This document shows, in pieces, positions 57,684 through 64,000 of a stretch of 64,000 nucleotides of DNA. Made by a program: the position numbers and the translations under genes. The notes under the pieces are model-generated. The model saw nothing but the letters and a program-made list of their open reading frames with translations. It was not told the DNA's origin and searched no databases. The DNA comes from Bdellovibrionales bacterium (GTDB taxonomy: Bacteria > Bdellovibrionota > Bdellovibrionia > Bdellovibrionales > UBA1609). The DNA is taken from positions 17,718 to 81,717 of the forward strand of contig DAHVQG010000013.1 of the NCBI GenBank assembly GCA_027317865.1, given 5' to 3'. Each line of letters begins with the position of its first letter. The stretch's first letter is position 1.

Positions 57684-60094
57684 GAAACTTCTTTTGCCTT
57701 TTTGCTGGCGTAGGTTTCGCGGATGTAGGACCGCGTGAATTTCAAAAACGAATCGGTTATCCCAAAATACAGGGCCGAGTTCAAGTATGTTCCTTTTTCG
57801 CCGTCATTTTCTTGCGAATGGTAAAAGCGCACGCATAAATTCTGGTCAGGTGCATTAGCGTAAATCGACCGGAATAAATAAAACATTGAACCGGGTTTGA
57901 GCGGTTGACTCGACCGAACCGTACAACCGAATTCGGAGATTTCAACAAGATCGGATTCGCGGGCAATTTTGGCGGCAATGTGGTCTTCTTTCCACGGAAT
58001 GTTATCGAACCGGTAGATCGTACTCGTCGATCCCATGAGGTGAGATGCGACATAAAGTAAGCGCCGCATTTCAATAGGTTTAAAAATGAGAGCTGAAATT
58101 CGAGGCTCGTTTAAGAACTTGGTGAGTTGCGCGCGGTACGCCTCGGCCGCGATCACGATGATTTTCGGGCCCTCGGCAGGACAAGCAATGTTTGCGTTTT
58201 TGAGCGCGTCCGATAATCCCGTGAGAAACGCTGGAATATTATCGGGGAGCAAACCGTAATCTATCACCAAAGCGTCGACCGACTGAATGGTTTGCAATTG
58301 ACGTCGCGACCCCCCCAATGACTTAATATCGGGAGCGCTCAAATTGATTCTAATGGAGCGGCTCGTATCTTCGAAAATAAATTCTGTGGCAACGGTGCGG
58401 CGCGATCCGTCTGCCAGCGTGAGATCGATATTTTTTATGACGCGTTTTTTGTTTTGTACGAGATAAACGATCTCAGTGAGTTGATCGCGCGTATCGCCTG
58501 CGAACATGTCGAGCCAACCTTGGGGTTTGGAGAACATATCGGGTGCGGCGTGGCCCAAAATTTGGTCGCCTTCTTTTGGGGCGGTGAGTGGCATCTGTAG
58601 AGCCATATCAGTGCCGATCAAAAACGAAACCATATCCGTATAAAAATCTTGCGCTACGGCCGGCGGCGGTTTTTCGTCTTTATCTTTCTTTTCGACGTAC
58701 GATTTTAGAAAGCTGTAGTAACTGTCGTCCCAAATGACATCAATATTGTCGATTTCTTTGATGGCATAATCGTAAATGCTGCGCGCTGAATGTTCGTCGG
58801 CGTCGAGAACGACGAATGTCTTTTTCTTTTTTTCTTCGTCGGAAAGAAAAATATTGTCGCGACTAAATTTAAAATGATTAGGGTCAGTATCGACAAATTG
58901 TTTGTGAGCGGTATCGCGTTGCAAATACTGTCGCAGTTCACGGTTATTGTCTTTAATGAGACCAAAAAACGCGAAATAAATCAAAAACTCACCCTCACGT
59001 TCGGGATGGGTTTCTGAGCGCATCACTTTGCCATAAAAATCAAGAAGTTGCTCCTGACCGGGAAAGCGAAAATAAAAATGCCCTGCCGTACCGGTTTTAA
59101 GTGGTACCGGGTTCGCCATTGCAAAACCTTGATCGCAAAACCGTTCGAGGTAAACGCGTTTTGCCACCTCGACTTTTTCTTCGGTCTCTTGAACAAACAA
59201 AAAACTGGGGGATGTTTTCTTGGGTAATGCCAATACGACTTCTATTTTTTGTAGAAATATAAGGCGATCAAGCGGCAGACACAGGAGATCGTCAATGAAC
59301 GGATGGTTGTACGATGCCTTTTCTTCGGGATCGTCCTCGTAGCGAAGGGCCACGAATTTCGGTCGATTCTCCGGCGGCCACCGTTCAGCCTTTTTCAACA
59401 GGGTTGCCGTTTTTGTGACCCATTTACGCATTTCTGCAGTTTTTTGGCCGGGCAAGCGGAAGAGGATGAGGTCGACAGGATTTTTATTTTCTTCTTCTTT
59501 TTGTTTATCATTGAGATCGGCGTCTTTACCCAGCGCTTTTTCGACGTCGCGAGTTTTATCGGTTAGTTTTAATACGAATGTTTTTTCTGCAAACCGACCG
59601 CTCACTTCAACGATCCAGACATCGGTTTTGTCTGATTGAAATACCAGAGGTTGTGAATTCTTGCCGCCGTTTTTTATTGATTCAAGAGCCATTTTAAAAA
59701 GCGGACGGCAGAGTTCGATTGTGACGCCTTCGAGAGCCACGTTTTGGCTGACAAGGTCGGTAACAGTGTGGCCAAAAATTTTTGCAACATTGACGCGCAA
59801 AATCTGGCCGTTTGTTGCATCAATCTCAATTTCTGTTGTGCCGTCTTGAAACGCCGGTTCTTTAGCAAGCGTCGCCGTATTGATAAACTGTACGACGTTG
59901 GGCGGCAGGCCTTCGAGCGGGTGCGATTTGATTTCTTTTGTATTCGCCGGGCGAACGAGCCCACCAAAGTAATAACGCTCAAATTCCCGGTGGGACGGGA
60001 ATTCTTTCATGTCATCGACTTCGAGTTCGCGCAAATACCGAAGAATTTCTTGGCGAACCTTGAGGTCATTTTCAATGACTACAACGGTGCCTAT
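57680..60094 (-). CDS. Large protein with degenerate REC-like and two PilZ-like domains
   Basis: Duplicated architecture (ERFCDQGF...FAFFG and EISEFG...LYFG); frame open to 60121; SD AAGGAG precedes ATA at 60094; first conventional starts are TTG 60034 and ATG 60010. Confidence 0.65.
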   Translation of the reverse strand: MGTVVVIENDLKVRQEILRYLRELEVDDMKEFPSHREFERYYFGGLVRPANTKEIKSHPLEGLPPNVVQFINTATLAKEPAFQDGTTEIEIDATNGQILRVNVAKIFGHTVTDLVSQNVALEGVTIELCRPLFKMALESIKNGGKNSQPLVFQSDKTDVWIVEVSGRFAEKTFVLKLTDKTRDVEKALGKDADLNDKQKEEENKNPVDLILFRLPGQKTAEMRKWVTKTATLLKKAERWPPENRPKFVALRYEDDPEEKASYNHPFIDDLLCLPLDRLIFLQKIEVVLALPKKTSPSFLFVQETEEKVEVAKRVYLERFCDQGFAMANPVPLKTGTAGHFYFRFPGQEQLLDFYGKVMRSETHPEREGEFLIYFAFFGLIKDNNRELRQYLQRDTAHKQFVDTDPNHFKFSRDNIFLSDEEKKKKTFVVLDADEHSARSIYDYAIKEIDNIDVIWDDSYYSFLKSYVEKKDKDEKPPPAVAQDFYTDMVSFLIGTDMALQMPLTAPKEGDQILGHAAPDMFSKPQGWLDMFAGDTRDQLTEIVYLVQNKKRVIKNIDLTLADGSRRTVATEFIFEDTSRSIRINLSAPDIKSLGGSRRQLQTIQSVDALVIDYGLLPDNIPAFLTGLSDALKNANIACPAEGPKIIVIAAEAYRAQLTKFLNEPRISALIFKPIEMRRLLYVASHLMGSTSTIYRFDNIPWKEDHIAAKIARESDLVEISEFGCTVRSSQPLKPGSMFYLFRSIYANAPDQNLCVRFYHSQENDGEKGTYLNSALYFGITDSFLKFTRSYIRETYASKKAKEVS

Positions 60095-60184
60095 AATTGA
60101 CTCCTTTGGGTCACTCCGCCTTCAAAGCCGCACGTTGAGCCGCTTTTAAGCTTATCTATGACCCCTATTTATTGTAGCGCGCAT

Positions 60185-60787
60185 TTACGGGTAAAGTCTT
60201 GCTTCGCGCCAACCATCCTCGACTTTTTGATAGGTGATGCGATCATGGAGCCGGCCCTCGCGACCCGTCCAGAACTCGACGTAAGTGGGATGAATGACAT
60301 AACCGCCCCAATGTTTCGGGCATGGAATCGTTTGATTGGCAAATTTGTCACGTGCCATGCGAAGTTCGTTTTCGAGTTGATCGCGGCTGGTAACTTGTTC
60401 GGATTGTTTTGAAATCCATTGGCTCAGTTGGCTCTCACGCGGACGAGTTGCCCAATAGTCTTCGGATTCGGCACGCGAAGTTTTTTCGGCCTGCCCGATT
60501 ATAAAAACCTGACGAAAAAGTTGGTCCCAAAAAAAGAGCGCCGAGCAACGCGGATCGTGAGCCAGGTCTCGACCTTTTTGGCTTTCATAGTTTGTGAAAA
60601 AAACAACTCCTTCAGAGCGTAGCGCTTTCATTAGCACGACCCGTGATCTTGGCACGCCATTTTGATCGACCGTCGCCAGCATAAATGCATTTGGGTTAGG
60701 TAGCGATGTTTTCTTTGCGTCCTCGTACCATTTTTTGAGCTGTTCGAGGGGATCTGAAATTTTTGTGATAGGATCTGTTATTGCCAT
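60185..60787 (-). CDS. pdxH: Pyridoxamine 5'-phosphate oxidase
   Basis: PNAFMLAT, RVVLMK, FFTNYES.KG, RPRESQ, WGGY, EFW.GR..RLHDR, RLYP. Confidence 0.95.
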   Translation of the reverse strand: MAITDPITKISDPLEQLKKWYEDAKKTSLPNPNAFMLATVDQNGVPRSRVVLMKALRSEGVVFFTNYESQKGRDLAHDPRCSALFFWDQLFRQVFIIGQAEKTSRAESEDYWATRPRESQLSQWISKQSEQVTSRDQLENELRMARDKFANQTIPCPKHWGGYVIHPTYVEFWTGREGRLHDRITYQKVEDGWREARLYP

Positions 60788-60827
60788 TTTCGAAACCTCG
60801 CGCTTGAAGAGTAAGTCTTCTCGTACG

Positions 60828-62399
60828 TTAGCCCATCCATGTGGTGTCTTTTTGGACGGCCCATTTTGTCGTAATTTTTTTCACATCCGACCACAAATTG
60901 AGACTATGTACGCCAGTGATGTCACCTTGGCCAAACTTCGAAGCGGCGATGCCGCCAAACGAAAATGGTTCGCGTGGAACGGGTACGCCGATATTGACTC
61001 CGACCATTCCGGCTTTGCCACGACGAGAGACATAATCGGCGACGCCGCCGTTTTGCGTGAACACCGATACAGCATTGCCGTAAACCGATGCGTTTTGAAT
61101 TTCGAGCGCTTCATCAAGGGAGCGGCATCGAATGATGCTGAGAATAGGACCAAATAATTCTTCAACGGCTGCGTGGCTGCCGGGTTTTACGTGATCGAGA
61201 ATAGTCGGACCGAGCCAATTGCCATTTTTAAATGGCGGCGGTACCTGCGGTTTACGGCCATCGAGCGCAATTGTCGCCCCATTTTCTTTAGCTTTGGCGA
61301 TTGCAGTCTCAAGGCGCTTCAGTGAATCAGTAGAAATAATCGCACCCATGGTGCGTTCGTCATTGGCGTTACGTTCGTTTTTCGCATTGCCGGTGTCGTA
61401 TTCGCGATTTGTGCACGCCAACGAAATTTGCTTAGCTTGTTCGACGATTCCAGCAATGAGTTTATCGATTTTGGCTTGTTCTTGTGCGGAGCTAGCAATC
61501 GCGCACAACACACTGGCGGCCATGCACCGTTGACCCGCACAACCGGTAAACGAGTCAGCCACACCGCGAGTCGTGAGTTCAAAATCGGCGTCGGGCATGA
61601 GAAAAATATGATTTTTAGCACCACCCAGTGCAAGTACGCGCTTCAAATTTTGCGATGCTCGTTGGTAAATTGTTTTTGCTACGGCCGTCGAGCCGACAAA
61701 ACCAATCGCCGCAATTTGGGGATGATCCAAAATCATTTCAACTGTGGAGCGACCCCCTTGTACAACTGAAAACACTCCGCGTGGCAAGCCCGCTTGTGCC
61801 AGCGCATCAGCAATGAGAAGTGAAGTAAGGGGGGTTTTGTCAGAGGGCTTCCAGATGAAACTGTTACCGAGTGCCAGAGCAATCGGAATCATCCACATCG
61901 GCACCATGGCCGGAAAATTAAAAGGCGTTATCCCCGCAACTACACCGAGCGGTTCGCGGCGGTACTCGCAAAAAACTCCACGCGAAACTTCAAGGCTTCC
62001 ACCGATATCGAGATTTTGCAGCGAAAGGGCAAATTCGGTGACTTCGATTCCTTTTAAAATTTCAGCCTGAGCCTCGCCAAGCGTTTTGCCGCATTCGCTT
62101 GAAATTTGCCGGGCGATTTTATTTTCGCCGGGTTCGTTTAAGCCGTCGTGATTCAAGGCGTACAAATCGCGCAATAAAATTTCGCGAAAACGAAATAGTA
62201 CTTGCGCGCGTTCTTTCATCGGACATTCGCGCCAGGTGAGTTGCGCCTTGGCTGCCGCCGCGACGACATTGTCGAGATCTTTTGCCGTGCTTGCGCGCGT
62301 TTTACCAATTACCTCATTGTTGTACGGATTTGTGACGTGAAATTCTTCGCCTGATGGTTTCTGCCATTTGCCATCGCAAAAATTAAGACATTCAATCAT
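60828..62399 (-). CDS. mmsA: CoA-acylating (methyl)malonate-semialdehyde dehydrogenase
   Basis: ITPFNFPAMVPMW, FVGST, LGGAKNH, GCAGQRCMA, EELFGP, GMVGVNIGVPVP. Confidence 0.92.
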   Translation of the reverse strand: MIECLNFCDGKWQKPSGEEFHVTNPYNNEVIGKTRASTAKDLDNVVAAAAKAQLTWRECPMKERAQVLFRFREILLRDLYALNHDGLNEPGENKIARQISSECGKTLGEAQAEILKGIEVTEFALSLQNLDIGGSLEVSRGVFCEYRREPLGVVAGITPFNFPAMVPMWMIPIALALGNSFIWKPSDKTPLTSLLIADALAQAGLPRGVFSVVQGGRSTVEMILDHPQIAAIGFVGSTAVAKTIYQRASQNLKRVLALGGAKNHIFLMPDADFELTTRGVADSFTGCAGQRCMAASVLCAIASSAQEQAKIDKLIAGIVEQAKQISLACTNREYDTGNAKNERNANDERTMGAIISTDSLKRLETAIAKAKENGATIALDGRKPQVPPPFKNGNWLGPTILDHVKPGSHAAVEELFGPILSIIRCRSLDEALEIQNASVYGNAVSVFTQNGGVADYVSRRGKAGMVGVNIGVPVPREPFSFGGIAASKFGQGDITGVHSLNLWSDVKKITTKWAVQKDTTWMG

Positions 62400-62512
62400 T
62401 TAGTGAGCTCCGTTACCTTTGCTTGCAATTCTGTCTTACCAGAGCGGACTGCCGCTAACAATTACAAAGCTGTCGTTACGCTACTCGGTGCGCCCTCCTA
62501 AATCGATTGATA

Positions 62513-64000
62513 CTAATGCAACACGCGAAACTGTACGCCCGCCTCGGGGTTTGCCGGATCAATATAAGCTTGAACTTTATCGCCCGGAACAACCCGCTCT
62601 TTCACAATTTGATCTTCGTCGGTCATATACCGTTGGCTTGCCAGAAGTCTTTCGAATTTTGATCTGATTTGCGAATTAATCATATTTTCGACATCTGACG
62701 CGTTGATTCGCGTGTCTTTAAATTCGCGGCGCAAATTTGCTTCGATATATCCGGCCATATCGGCCTCGTTTTCAAATGATAGGCCAATGTCTTTGTCGGT
62801 TCCGTATCCGGTGTCGGTAAGCAAATTTAAATTGAATCTGATAAACGCAGATTGGCCACCGACATCTTTGTTGCGAAGAACATAAAACTTACGAATACGC
62901 CTTAATAGCGCAGGGATCATCCCGTGTTCTTCAGCGTAAGCCCGGATCTCTGATTGTGGAGTTTCAGGTGTTAATTCGCCTTCACCAAGGTTAGAAGTCA
63001 GACCAACAAGGATATTTCTCATGCTTGCCGTCCGGCCTTTTGTATCAGAAAGAGCGCCTCCGTTGTCCGAGAACCAATGCAGAAGACTATTGTTTACAAT
63101 GTCTTCGTGCATGCGAGTAAATTCATCAATTAGTAAGACGGCGCCGTCTCTATACTGTCGAATTTTATTTTGAATCCAAGAGCCTTCTTCATAACCGACG
63201 AGATTCGGACTGCCGCCGGTAAACGAGGTCGCCGCATATTTGTCTTGGTAATCGCCGCCGTTTACTTCAACAATATGATTGTTAAATAATACTTTGGCGA
63301 TTTTTTTAAATAAAAACGTTTTGCCAGTGCCAGGATCGCCGATAAGCGCCACGACGTCCATGGCCGCATCTTGCCCTCGACCCGGTCGGGCCGTGTCGTA
63401 ATACCAGTCTTGAAATAATTCGAAATAAGTTGCAGCTCCATCGTATTCTTTTTGAAATTCGTCCCAGGCTTCTTTAAAAGTTTTCGGCTTATTTTCTTTG
63501 AAAATCTCAAGATACGAAATCTTTGTGTCGTGGTGAGCTTGGACCGCTAAATCTTCTTTGGTGAGAGTGCGGGTCTCTTTTTCTATTTCTTTGAGCGACG
63601 CAACTTTTTCTTTTAGGGAGTCAATCTCGCCGCGAAGTTTTGCCGCTTGCGAAGGTTCGCCTTTGAGCTTTGCTGTAAGAAGTTTCAAGTCGTCTTGCAG
63701 TTTTGGCGCTTCTTTTAATTTTTTGGATGCCTCAGCCATTCGATTTGTATTGGCTTCGATTTTAGCGATTTCATCTTCAATCTCTTTGATTTGGCCCGGG
63801 ATCTTTTCAGCTTGTTCGCGCGCATAAAGGCCTGTCAACGATTTCATATGTTGAAGTCTTTCAACGAGTTTTTGTTTTGCTTTGTATAAATCTTCGGCCA
63901 ACATTGGGGCGCGGCCTTTGCGCAACATTCTGAGTTTTCGGCCGACGGCTTCTTCAAGCAGATAGGCCGTGCAGCCGGGTTGCACCTTATCGACGTAAAA
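62513..64000 (-). CDS. Divergent ClpB/ClpA-like AAA+ ATPase, C-terminal part (5' end outside window)
   Basis: Coiled-coil M-domain-like region, GDPGTGKT, LLIDEF, DTKGRT...LTSNLG; frame open to the window edge. Confidence 0.75.
   Translation of the reverse strand, partial: FYVDKVQPGCTAYLLEEAVGRKLRMLRKGRAPMLAEDLYKAKQKLVERLQHMKSLTGLYAREQAEKIPGQIKEIEDEIAKIEANTNRMAEASKKLKEAPKLQDDLKLLTAKLKGEPSQAAKLRGEIDSLKEKVASLKEIEKETRTLTKEDLAVQAHHDTKISYLEIFKENKPKTFKEAWDEFQKEYDGAATYFELFQDWYYDTARPGRGQDAAMDVVALIGDPGTGKTFLFKKIAKVLFNNHIVEVNGGDYQDKYAATSFTGGSPNLVGYEEGSWIQNKIRQYRDGAVLLIDEFTRMHEDIVNNSLLHWFSDNGGALSDTKGRTASMRNILVGLTSNLGEGELTPETPQSEIRAYAEEHGMIPALLRRIRKFYVLRNKDVGGQSAFIRFNLNLLTDTGYGTDKDIGLSFENEADMAGYIEANLRREFKDTRINASDVENMINSQIRSKFERLLASQRYMTDEDQIVKERVVPGDKVQAYIDPANPEAGVQFRVLH

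Overview
A gene-dense bacterial chromosomal segment. Gene content points to a Bdellovibrionota-like organism (inference from two TIGR02147/DUF4423-type genes, PilZ- and cNMP-domain signalling proteins, and RxPAS/RxIAS motifs in exported proteins). Housekeeping blocks: spoVG-degP; a MoxR-DUF58-BatA/B/C/D operon followed by two lytic transglycosylases; an S1/P1 nuclease; mrp; rmuC; a Zur-type regulator with a porin and metal ABC transporter; an MMPL transporter; a multicopper oxidase; fadE; rpmE2; dmeF; pip; a MurQ/GKRP-like protein; rny; an S28 peptidase; pdxH; mmsA; and the 3' part of a divergent ClpB-like ATPase. The most striking part is the accessory region downstream of the initiator tRNA-Met (25541-25617). 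It begins with a palindromic element and a second hairpin-rich element ending in a degenerate copy of the tRNA 3' end. A ~5.9 kb AT-richer cassette follows, bounded by a 17-bp direct repeat. In it, two TIGR02147-type HTH proteins are paired with exported proteins, three of which share a Gly-rich mature N-terminus and an LHExxR motif; it also holds an unannotated 39-aa signal-peptide ORF. Other notable items: a stand-alone DHp protein in a hybrid-kinase/REC-PilZ cluster headed by an exported GNAT-like protein, a recurring intergenic palindrome GTCTnA-nnn-TnAGAC, an apparent ATA start codon, and a PrP-like octapeptide-repeat tail on the S1/P1 nuclease. All calls come from motif recognition by eye; no searches were run.
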